64,000 bases of DNA from Antedon mediterranea. Taxonomy: Eukaryota; Animalia; Echinodermata. This document shows, one piece after another, positions 40,201 through 49,300 of this stretch. The first letter of the stretch is position 1. The number at the start of each line of letters is the position of its first letter. The notes beneath the pieces were generated by a model. The model searched no databases, was not told where the DNA came from, and saw nothing but the letters and a program-made list of their open reading frames with translations. The stretch spans positions 23,449,237 to 23,513,236 of the forward strand of contig NC_092672.1 of NCBI RefSeq assembly GCF_964355755.1. Direction: 5' to 3'. Both the position numbers and the translations under genes were made by a program.

Positions 40201-41598
40201 ATAACTAAACATCCTTGAAAACAGATTGTGTGTATACTTCTAAAGACTGATCATTTGAAATATATTAAGTCAAACTAAATAATTTATGAATATGATGAAA
40301 ACACTTTTATTTAATATTAATTTTAATTCCCTCGTCCAACCATCTTTCAATTTCTGTTCAATTATTTACAACTCACTCTCTGCTTCTCAAGCCTCCAGAA
40401 TAGATCGGACCCATAACAAGTTCTTGCACTTTGTCGGCCCATCAGCCAACCTGCCTCCTATTGTTTCCCCGACATCTAGGAGAGCAAGACAGGATTTGCA
40501 CTTCCTGTATAAATGTCTTACTTCTAGTTTGATTGTAATCTTGTTTCGTTGTTTTATTTTAATGTTCCTGTTTGTAATCTTCGTTGTAAACCCTTTCTTC
40601 TTGTTAAATTTTCTTGTGTCAATGTTTGTAAAAATGGTATTTTCTGTAGACTCTCGTCATTGTACAATTCGTGTCTTTTAAACAATAATTCTTTAGATAT
40701 TTTTAACTGTAATTTTTCTCAATTTAAATGTATTATTAATGAAATTATTTAAATTTTCTTTTTTACATTTTTGTATATATTTATATTGGCTCATATTTTA
40801 TAGTTTAGTTATTTTATTTTTTTACACTGTTGGTTTGAAACAAAGAATAAAGAAATTCAAAAGTTGAGGCCTTAAAATTATACAAAAAAATATGGAAACC
40901 GTCATCATTAATTGAAGTTTAGCTTCAAATTATTTTCCATATCAAGCCCAACTGTGTTAACATAGAGCCTGATTTATTCCTTTTCTCAATGCAACTAAAC
41001 AAAAGGAAACAGGCCTATGATTAATATGGTGAATAGTATTCATTAAAAATAATTCTTTATTACAGAAACAAGTCCAAATTCACTTGAAGACAGGTTAAAC
41101 AAGTTAAATTATGATCTCAGTGAAGTCTTTATGAAGAATACGAGAAAATTCTTATTTTTGAGATGTTGTCTCTTTGATGAAGTAGATTTACAAGTCCTTG
41201 GCAATAAAGATTACAAAGCAAATGATTATTTTAATGAACTCGCTGATAAAGGAAAGATCAAACCAACCGACGTCAACCTTCTGCTTGAAGTGGCAACACT
41301 ATCAGAAATTAAACATGCTAAAGATCTTGTAAAACAGTATATGAATGACAACAATGTACAAATTAGTAGTCAACAGAAGTTGTCCCCATATAGAAAAAGA
41401 TTGTGTAAGGCATTGGAACAGTTTAACCCAAGTGAGTTGAATAGAGTTACAGCTTGTTATCAATTGGAACAACCAACCATTTGGGATGTAACATTTTATT
41501 TAGAGAGCAAATCCAAATTGATAGATGAATCAGAAAGAGAGAAGTTTGCTAAGCTGCTTGGACCAATCCCAAATAAAATAATGTGTAAGTCAATTTGA
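10196..41598 (+). CDS. ROCO-family protein (ankyrin-Roc-COR-putative tandem DED), multi-exon, 5' end not found
   Basis: Phase-consistent GT-AG exons 10196-10294, 23254-23361, 24927-25037, 26186-26270, 27140-27305, 27688-27788, 28115-28183, 28303-28433, 32343-32432, 32546-32734, 34579-34821, 35013-35207, 35374-35535, 35745-36032, 36274-36354, 36864-37074, 37307-37336, 39436-39480, 39637-39681, 41066-41598 sum to 2982 bp in one open frame. Roc motifs: GKEGAGKTS, STDGI, WDYAGQ, ATHVD. COR-like EVPVKW and FLVPS. Confidence 0.88.
11590..13253. mobile_element. Kolobok-like non-autonomous DNA transposon
   Basis: TTAA on both flanks; imperfect TIR AGGGGATTCTGGGTTTAAAA / TTTTAAACCCGGAACCCCGCT. Confidence 0.65.
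13714..14025. repeat. Minisatellite, 70-bp unit x about 4.5
   Basis: cagcagtatgatcatactcactgtttata... repeated in tandem. Confidence 0.95.
14027..14060 (-). mobile_element. Helitron 3' terminus (different family)
   Basis: Reverse complement: hairpin ACCCGCCCTGGGGCGGGT, then ATATTTG CTAG|T; 5' end not located. Confidence 0.55.
14609..16612. mobile_element. Foldback/Mutator-like element with inverted subterminal tandem arrays
   Basis: Left array of GGACAACTACCCCC (14617-14870), right array of GGGGGTAGTTGTCC (15970-16600); 8-bp TSD GAAAAATG at 14601-14608 and 16613-16620. Confidence 0.8.
14939..15348. mobile_element. Mutator-like MITE nested in the foldback element
   Basis: TIR GGGTGTTTCGAAACTA / TAGTTTCGAAACACCC; perfect 9-bp TSD GTTTTTAAC; internal ~21-bp GGGTCTCCCTTTTCGTATA tandem array. 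Confidence 0.85.
17267..18890 (-). mobile_element. 5'-truncated Rex1/Babar-type LINE with reverse transcriptase
   Basis: RT motifs LFVDFSSAFN, GVPQGCVLSPLLY, KYADD; frameshift near 18020 continuing as YKYLGVEID...FVPAAIRLYN; 3' end CCCATGGGGATAATAAAG plus (TTGAA)n; TTGA on both flanks. Confidence 0.9.
17959..18879 (-). pseudogene. LINE ORF2 reverse transcriptase fragment (306 aa)
   Basis: ORF track; lacks the endonuclease and has a frameshifted C-terminus. Confidence 0.85.
23254..23361 (+). CDS. ROCO exon: ankyrin repeat
   Basis: ccag|AGNTPLHAHLAHNEYHTLEMVTCLINKGASVTSQNK|gtaat, phase 0. Confidence 0.85.
24927..25037 (+). CDS. ROCO exon: degenerate ankyrin repeat
   Basis: acag|NGNPPLYEYLIQSLNPASEIVKFLIKKDSALLTLLNK|gtaat, phase 0. 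Confidence 0.8.
26186..26270 (+). CDS. ROCO exon: ankyrin cap/linker
   Basis: ttag|EGKTPESIVETNMYITKKEKTVILNYFD|gtaagt, phase 0 to 1. Confidence 0.8.
26592..26921. mobile_element. Kolobok-like MITE
   Basis: TTAA|AGATGTGTCCCC...GGGGACAATACATCT|TTAA; related inverted copy at about 60949-61230. Confidence 0.7.
27140..27305 (+). CDS. ROCO exon: Roc P-loop
   Basis: VPAEIRARG...RCMFLGKEGAGKTSCVKAMVGE. Confidence 0.9.
27688..27788 (+). CDS. ROCO exon: Roc switch I
   Basis: FNSAEQSTDGIVTTTVFQAKKDCSQWKKIKDVN, phase 2 to 1. Confidence 0.85.
28115..28183 (+). CDS. ROCO exon: Roc insertion
   Basis: atag|DIELSEQIRSHALGEKVDKRLKE|gtagg, phase 1 to 1. Confidence 0.7.
28303..28433 (+). CDS. ROCO exon: Roc switch II
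   Basis: ...DITSIWDYAGQLDYYITHR|gtatgt. Confidence 0.9.
29474..30663 (-). mobile_element. Non-autonomous Helitron copy B
   Basis: 5' TCTATATATAAAT at 30663; degenerate 3' hairpin and terminus near 29474. Confidence 0.8.
31416..32037. repeat. Minisatellite, 89-bp unit x7
   Basis: aaaacatacatagcaatacacatcatgtcaagttagttcc... repeated in tandem. Confidence 0.95.
32343..32432 (+). CDS. ROCO exon: Roc
   Basis: ccag|FFLTNTVSYCVAFNVMDNLDEPAKPRDSKI|gtaagt. Confidence 0.85.
32546..32734 (+). CDS. ROCO exon: Roc G4
   Basis: TNLDMNLFWIRSI...PPICLVATHVDKL. Confidence 0.88.
32787..33351. mobile_element. Harbinger-like MITE with long inverted repeats
   Basis: TACCCCTTTCACACCAA terminal motif; about 90-bp inverted repeat between 32787-32878 and 33176-33266; extra GGTGTGAAAGG copies. 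Confidence 0.7.
33352..33548. repeat. Dispersed repeat, related copy at about 44841-45104
   Basis: Shared tagtcaac, tgacaggc.cacaaaaa and tgtcacacgtg...gggt.ac..cgacca blocks. Confidence 0.5.
34579..34821 (+). CDS. ROCO exon: Roc end/COR start
   Basis: MYMVDNT...EVPVKWVNLQESL...ITFEE|gtaaag. Confidence 0.85.
35013..35207 (+). CDS. ROCO exon: COR
   Basis: LDTAIEYMNDIGIILH...LKNTVITD. Confidence 0.85.
35374..35535 (+). CDS. ROCO exon: COR
   Basis: LWKRLDEEGILEERLLRYLW...VMKTFSLL. Confidence 0.85.
35745..36032 (+). CDS. ROCO exon: COR
   Basis: RVFLVPSRM...FLPNAVYNTLVV. Confidence 0.85.
36274..36354 (+). CDS. ROCO exon
   Basis: tcag|LEITYLTEVDGNVRDQMNEPQPSFCIE|gtaaag. Confidence 0.75.
36864..37074 (+). 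CDS. ROCO exon: COR C-terminus with Cys/His cluster
   Basis: YNLCVLCTACNPAEKPHLHDLKKC...VKCG. Confidence 0.8.
37307..37336 (+). CDS. ROCO micro-exon (30 bp)
   Basis: ctgcag|EYGETISSVA|gtttgt, phase 1-1. Confidence 0.55.
37405..38003. repeat. Minisatellite, about 43-bp unit x14
   Basis: atgataacatgaaactatcagtatccac(a/c)taagat plus a variable A-run. Confidence 0.95.
38440..39250 (+). mobile_element. Non-autonomous Helitron copy C (3'-truncated)
   Basis: A|TCTATATATAAATTTACG start; collinear with copy D. Confidence 0.8.
39436..39480 (+). CDS. ROCO linker micro-exon A (45 bp)
   Basis: catag|DTTTATPLSTSSLET|gttagt, phase 1-1. Confidence 0.7.
39637..39681 (+). CDS. ROCO linker micro-exon B (45 bp), paralog of A
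   Basis: catag|DAPIAAPLAASSLRT|gtatag, phase 1-1. Confidence 0.7.
40320..40860 (+). mobile_element. CR1/L2/Jockey-type LINE 3' fragment
   Basis: SLVQPSFNFCSII...RIDRTHNKFL...RRARQDLHFLYKCL and frameshifted FNVP..NLR...LDIFN...FK resemble the post-RT region of ORF2; AATAAA near 40847. Confidence 0.65.
41066..41598 (+). CDS. ROCO terminal exon: two death-fold (DED-like) domains
   Basis: tacag acceptor, open to TGA at 41598. YFNELADKGKIKPTDVNLLLEV and LSPYRKRL...ELNRV resemble DED1 and DED2 of caspase-8-type prodomains (recognised by eye). Confidence 0.75.
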
Positions 41599-44500
41599 GA
41601 GATATCTTACCTTAAATCCACAGATTGTAGGTCACGTAAATATTCTCCCACAATAACTGGCATCAAACCAGAATTTTTAGAAAAGGGTAAAAATATATTG
41701 AGAATACATTGAAAATACATCAAACTTTATGTGACAAAACAATGTGATGTGCAATTTTATGGACATGATGATGTCATATCACTTCCATATTTGGGAACAT
41801 CACTACCATAGTTGGGCACATCACTACCATATTTGGACACATCACACATTTTTGTCAAACTAATTTGATAGTGTAGACAGAGCTTACAACTGCCATTTGA
41901 GCAGGCAAATACTGTTTTATTACTATTTGTGTTATTTATTCTTAATTATTTTATAGTAATGTTAATTATCATCATGTGTCAGGAAACTGTAAAAGGGGAT
42001 TTTGTGCTAAAACATTAACATTCAGAATTAAATAGTCAAAGATTTAAATGTTTCATTGGTATAGCTTATTGACCTGACTAAACTTTTAAACTTATCTTGT
42101 AAAGATAAAGTAAAATTTGGTGTTTTATGTATTAATCACTGCCGATGATTTAGAAAGGTTTACTAAGCTCTCTAAACAAACTTGCTAACAGTACATTTAC
42201 TAAAGCCAAAATAGTAGAGTTAGAGTTACTGCATAAATAAATATTTCATATTCTATTTTAATAAATGATATACAATCTTTTTTGTATTGTATTTATGTTG
42301 TCTATTTTCTTTTAAATCTCAATGTGAGTCACAAGTAAACTCATTATATAATGTTAAGGTAAATTGGTTGGTTTCAACATAGGCAATTGACTATGGTTCC
42401 AAAATAATAAATGATGTTTGTTATTATTATGGTATCTCTGAATTTAGTAAATGACTTGGCTATTGACTTGCCTAATGCAAATGAGATCATTTGTAGAAAT
42501 TAGACTTACAGAATTCGATTAATGGCCAATATCACCTTTTTATGATTGACAGACTTACTAAACAGGACGAAAGGTATGGAGATGGGATCATTCACTGTAT
42601 AACAGCAATTATATAAATCTCCACCATATTTTCGACCCCTGGTGTGTAATTTTTCAATATAAAATTGACTAATGGTTGCCAAGGTATGGGACATATTTTT
42701 AGTATAGTATCATTATGTCTATAATTATATTTTGTATTAGAAAACTTTTGGCTAATTTTTATTTTGTTTACTTGCATGTTTGTGGAAATACAATTTTTTT
42801 TAAAGAATAAAAAAACCTGACATAGTTCATATTTTGACACACCACCTGATTATGCAAATTATGTATTACATTCTCATTTGGTTGGCATAGCTTAATAGTG
42901 TTTATCCTTAAAATTCAGGAAAGTCACATAGCCTATCATGTGCGGCCCATCAATAAACATCAGTGTGCCAAATGTGAGCATGTACTGTTCAGTCGTTTTG
43001 GAGGAGATATGTAAAATACGCGAACAATTTAGTAGCATTAATATATAGATTGCTTTATACATTGATACCATAAATTATGAGCAAGAAAAACTGCACTTAC
43101 AGATATTTGTGTCCCTACCCCAAAATTGTCCAAAACTGTGGAACTGATTGGTATAATTAGAAATGCGTTAAAATCCCACCTTAGGCATGAGAATATGTAA
43201 TGTTAACATTGATTTTTGTGTTCACTGGATATAGATGACAAAATATGTACATAGTGTAGACCTCTCATATCCCATGTACTGTATTGTGTTGCTTGTAACC
43301 CGTTTTTCCCTTCACTTCTTCAATGCTCAAACTTGTGGCCATGTCAAAAACTTATAATCACAAGATGATTCCTGATTCCTGATTCTTGTTAATCTTCCTC
43401 TGGCCAACAGAATAGACCACTTTCATTACTCTAGTGTGCAAGGCTATCAAACAACTTGATAGCCTTGGTCTGTGTCCCTTCTTTAAAGTTGTCTTTTCTA
43501 TAAATATATTGGGTTGGATGGAACAACTCAGTCACAATGTACTTCATCGAAGTGAAAATCTAAATTTGTGAACTATGATCTAATCGGATGCTATAAAGGA
43601 TATTACTTTTATAATTTACAGTCACTTTCTTTTTTATGCAAACAAATAGAATAAAAGAATACTAAAATCAAACATTGAAAAGTCATTTTGTAGTTTTAAT
43701 CAGGTTATTTCAAAAATAGTGATTTAGCTTATAAAAAATAAAAAACAGTAAATCAAATAAAAACCCATTGAATTTCAGACAATGGGCTTCAAGTTTACTA
43801 CTTTTTTTAAAAATTTTATTAGGTTAAATAATTTTTTGTTTCCATATCAATTTTTTTGTCCAACTAGTGTAACATTAAAAAATAAAAAAAAATATGTGGG
43901 GATCATTTAAGCATTTGACCTTTAACATTGTATCTACAGAAGAAAGCACAGATAAAATGTTATTTTAAAGCTTTAAGGCCACATTTATATTTGTACCTAA
44001 TACATTCTTATTCAAAATACTCAAGTTTAAGATATAAAATAATTGTATATAGTGTAATAAATTGACCATTGACCTAGACTCCAAAGGCAAAATTAAATTA
44101 GTATTCTGAATTTTAAGAATAATGTTTGTATGTGTTTCTTTCATTCTTTACAAAAGCTTAGTGGTTAAAGAGGTAATTATGGAAAAGGTTTTCAAATGGC
44201 AGCCATTTTGAAATTATGAAATATAAGTAATTAGAGTAGGCCTACTAATAAACAACCCAGGGTAGATTTTAGATACTAATATCTATATAGCGCTATATTT
44301 TAGTATGTTTTAACAACAAAAAAACATTTTGGACAGAAAAAGCTATACCACCTATTTCTATATTACAAATAAGATGTGAAAATGCAAATTTCAATTATTT
44401 ATCTAGAAACACTACACAGAAATTACATGATGCCCCATGATAACCTTTCAAAAAACCATGCCTGCACCCTGGTTGCTTTGAAGTGTTACCGTCGGAGTTA

Positions 44501-45641
44501 CAGCTCTTTGAAAAACATACAAAAATTCCCATGTATGAAATTCCTGAAAACACCCATAAGAAAAATAATGGTATTTCCTAAATTCAATAATTGATTTACG
44601 TAAATTTTTGTTTTACATTAGGGCAAGATTGGTACAAAAAGATTTCACAAAAACAATTCACAAATTCTGTGCCATATCTAAGTAAGGACAAAATTCACAT
44701 GCCAAAATGGTAAAATCACGTCAACCATTAATTTTTTTTCAAAAATTTCAGTTTTGTTATATTTACCTAAAGTGTGAATAATTACCAAAGTACGAAGAAA
44801 ATTCATTTTTTGGCATTTGGCCACATTATGTTGATATTTGTAGTCAACCGCTCTTAAGACGTGCTTACATCCTCAAAATGCACTCTCGTAGACGTCATTA
44901 AGAGTGAAAAAAAAACATTCATTTTAGATTTGACCAACAATTCTCCAATCAAATGACAAGAATTCGAGTAACTGAGCTCAACTGACAGGCACACAAAAAA
45001 TTTCAACACAAGCTTAGTTCCTTTCAGTTCTATTGTTTCGGGACTGAAAGAAACCGAATGCAACTTTAAATCATGTCACACGTGCAGTAAGGGTGACCAC
45101 GACCATATAAGCTTACCTTACAGACGGTCACAACACAACGCACATACAGTCTTATGACTTATTTCCAATGGAATGGTGTCGGGAACACACACAAAGTTTG
45201 AATCTGTAAATGATCCTAAATGCATGGGACATAAAAATCACAAACTTAAATCATATTTCTGAGAATTATTTTTATTTACTGAAATTATATTGTTAGTTTT
45301 ACATGATTTCTTTATAATAAAATTAAAAATTTGGATAATTTCATATTCATTGACATGAAACTTACTCATGCGTGAAAACCAAATCAAAGCTGAAAGAGCT
45401 CCACAAAGACCCTGAATTCTTACAGTGTAATGGATGTTAAGTTTTGTAATTGTACAACAATTGTATTATTGTTTGTATTGTGAATACAAATTGCTACGAC
45501 AGCACACGCATGTAAAAATTGAATTGTATCAATATTCATTTTTCTTTCAACATATACAGTAGACAATTTGCGGCATTTGACACAACCTTGATACTGGTGG
45601 TAGTTCCTGGATTAACATACTTAATCCTGACATAAACTGCA

Positions 45642-46361
45642 TTATAGCCTAACTGGACCATGATACAGCAAACCAAGTAACGCAATACCAAAAGCTATAT
45701 CAACTGCAGGAGTTGTTGTAACTTGCACAAACTTGTTATTGATGGTAGTAGTTCCTTGATTTACAGGCTCCCCTTCAACATGTCTACCATTCTGGTGCTC
45801 AGTAACTATTGGTTTATGTGTAGCACATTGTTCATCTGAGCTCTTCTTTTGAGATATTTCATCCCCATCTTTCTTTTGTTCAATGTTAACTATTGTATTT
45901 CCCTCACTTCTACCACTATTACAGTTCAGGTTACCATTTTCATGAAATTGTATTCTAGAATTGTTATTTACATTTTCTGGTTCTTCAATTTCATTGATGC
46001 TTTTATCGGTAAACTTATCTCTCTTGTCTTGATCTTCAACTTCTTTACTGGTAAACTTATCTCTCTTGTCTTGATCTTCAACTTCTTTACTGGTAAACTT
46101 ATCTCTCTTGTCTTGATCTTCAACTTCTTTACTGGTAAACTTATCTCTCTTGTCTTGATCTTCAACTTCTTTACTGGTAAACTTATCTCTCTTGTCTTGA
46201 TCTTCAACTTCTTTGGTACCATTGCTTGAACTAATCACTGACAGGTTACTGTCATGAGGTTCATTATCCAGTGATACTGCTGACAGTATACCTTCTGTTA
46301 ATATGCTATTGTTTTGTTGCGATTGTTCATCATTGCATTCTTGCACATCAGAATCAGCAAA
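45642..46361 (-). CDS. MYO19: MYO19-like terminal exon: charged repeats and hydrophobic C-terminus
   Basis: ccag acceptor, 720 bp open to TAA; includes the 234-aa ORF in the track. Confidence 0.7.
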   Translation of the reverse strand, partial: FADSDVQECNDEQSQQNNSILTEGILSAVSLDNEPHDSNLSVISSSNGTKEVEDQDKRDKFTSKEVEDQDKRDKFTSKEVEDQDKRDKFTSKEVEDQDKRDKFTSKEVEDQDKRDKFTDKSINEIEEPENVNNNSRIQFHENGNLNCNSGRSEGNTIVNIEQKKDGDEISQKKSSDEQCATHKPIVTEHQNGRHVEGEPVNQGTTTINNKFVQVTTTPAVDIAFGIALLGLLYHGPVRL

Positions 46362-49300
46362 CTGGTAAAAATAAATGTTAAATTGTATTAAATTGTATCA
46401 AGAAAAAAAATATTAGATTAAAAATCATAAACTGAATGTTTATTATTTGAATATGGAGAATATTTCATGAAAATTAACTGATTGACCATTTAATGAGGCG
46501 GAACCAAGCACAGGCAATCTCTCAGTAAATGAAATATACTCTATTCAACATTATTAGTTTTATAGCACAGTACATATGATGATGTGTTAATTTAACATCA
46601 TTAAAGTAAGTACATGTAAATGAGGATGTGTTAGTGATGAAGGAACATACTTCACATTGTAAAGTTTGTTGGTGCAGCGAAGATTGTAAATTGCGAATTT
46701 TAAGTAAAGGCCTACCTCGTCTGAATTCAATTCATTTAATTGTTCATCTAACTTGCGTTGGTGTAAACGAATTGAATATCCAATCATAGCATACTGTATG
46801 ACACGTGCTGCCTCATGTCGTCTCTTTACATCTTCCCTCACCTTCCAGCCTCTAAAACCTACAACATATCAATTACTAATTAGTGACTCGGCATCATAGC
46901 ATACTGTATGACACGTGCTGCCTCATGTTGTCTCTTTACATCTTCTCTCACCTTCCAGCCTCTAAAACCTACAACATATCAATTACTAATTAGTGACTCA
47001 GCATCATAGCATACTGTATGACACGTGCTGCCTCATGTCGTCTCTTTACATCTTCTCTCACCTTCCAGCCTCTAAAACCTACAACATATCAATTCTAATT
47101 AGTGAAAATTAGTGGCTTGGTTTGGTAACAGCATGATGCCTGCAAGATATTTGTCAAAACACTATTACAATCAATACCTGCTTGAATGATGACCACAGCT
47201 GCCTCTTGTTTACTTTTGGTTGCCAGGATCTTCCTCCACCACATCTGTATTACACCAGCACTTAAATTGAATTCCTTCAATCTTGCAACTTCAAGTTCAT
47301 CCAACTAAATGAAAAATAACGGAATATAATAAATATACAATGATGCAGATTCTTACTTACTTTTTAACACTAACAAGCTAAAAACTAAAAGCTAAAAGTA
47401 TTATAATTTGGTGCTACAACTTTTTCATAATGTTATAAGATAGGAATTTTACTGATTTTCAATGACTTACACACATTTAACTGGGTAACAATTTTTTAAT
47501 AAAATGGTATTTTTTAAATTGTGTCAAATTGATTGTTCTTTTCTTTTTTATATTTATATACTTTTTTTAAAAAGAAAAATGTCTCAATTTTACATAATTA
47601 TTTAGTCAATTTTGGTGAATTTCCTATCTTATACTACAAAAATATTCCTGTAGCACTACTTTTAAAAATAAAGGTTTATTTTACGACACTCATTCAGCTC
47701 TACTGCAAAGGTTTATATTATACAGATATTGCCTGCTTAGAGGTGAAATATAAAAATTGACATCCCCGAGGGAACGATATTTTTCTCGAGGAACTATATT
47801 ACATCTGTTATATTAAAATATGTGGCAAAGTGTAAGTAGACTTGGCTGGGTCGGCAAGCCTAGTTCACCTTACCTTGGCGAAAAATGACCGTATAAAGTC
47901 AAATAATTGATGATTCCTTTGCCATAAAATATTCACTTAAACTAATTAAAATTTAATTTATTCTACTGCAAATATAAAATAATTAAAGTATTATTAAACT
48001 ACTATTAAGTACCTGTCCCTCTCTTAGGAATATCTTTGTTTTTCCCAACAAAAAGCATTTCATTTTATTTTCTTTGTCTGCTTCAGCTAAAACCAGATTC
48101 GTAATAACAGCACATTTACTTTTTGTATCCAAATCTTTTACATCTTCTGAGTTTGACCTTATTAATAATTCATACCTCTTAAGAAAATCACTGTACAGCA
48201 TTCTATAAGAAAATTTTCATTATCGTTGAGAATCAAGTAAAACAAACAACACACTGGCAAGTATGTTAGTAGGTGTTTAACATGTACAGTATGCACAGGG
48301 ATATATATAGTATATATTATAAACATCACAGGCACAGAATAAATTCAATACCGCCCTGAAATTTAATTAATTAATTTGAAACGATAAAGATGAGGAAATC
48401 TGTGAGAATGAGAAAAGGTTGCCCCCACTGAGATTCAAACCCAGAACCTTCTGCTTGATATGCAGATATCCTAACCATTAGACCACTGGGGCTTTTCATG
48501 GTATTGTTCAAACTAGATTGGATAGCAATAGCACTCTTGGTGTCGTACGGCGAAACAGCACTAGTTCCTCAGTTGTACGCACTCGCACTAGAGATCAAAT
48601 TGTAAGTCTTAGAGCAAGCTATTTGATTGGTAATAGTAAAAAATACAATAAAAATACAAATTACGACGCACCGACGATTTTGGTTTTTGCTTAATTATTC
48701 AATATCGAAAATTTTTAGCCAGCGTATCAAACAAAAACAAATAGCTGTAAAGCTGACCTGGTAGGGAAGCATTGTACCGATCTGAATTGTTTCAAGTGAA
48801 CTTAACTAACAAGGGTATCAACCAGTCATAGATTAGATAGGTGCATTATTAGTATAAAAAGAACACAAAACAATAGCTGTAAGCTGACCTGGTAGGGAAG
48901 CCTGTTGCACTAATCTCAATTGTTTCAAGTTAACTTAACTAACCAGGGTATCAACCAGTCATAGATGGGTGCATTGTTAGTATAAAAAGAACACAAAACA
49001 ATAGCTGTAAGCTGACCTGGTAGGGAAGCCTGTTGCACTAATCTCAATTGTTTCAAGAACACCGCAAGCACGTAGTTGATTTATAACATGAAGATTATCA
49101 AAGCTGTCTGGTTGACACTCAAGACTTGGTTTGATACAGCGGATGTAGTGAGGTGTTGTTTCATGTAAAGTAGCCATAAGACTGTCCAATGAATTCTAAG
49201 ATATAAGATACAATTGTTAGATTGTTACCCCAAAGATTACATGTAAAAACTAAATGGTATCAACCAAAATAAGTATAAGTAAATACAAAATGGATTGAGG

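Noticed and set aside
43260-43560. Possible further myosin tail exon
   Set aside because: No frame with MYO19-tail similarity; early stops
45849-46229. 126-aa plus-strand and 84-aa alternate-frame repeat ORFs
   Set aside because: Shadow frames of the 42-bp coding repeat in the myosin exon
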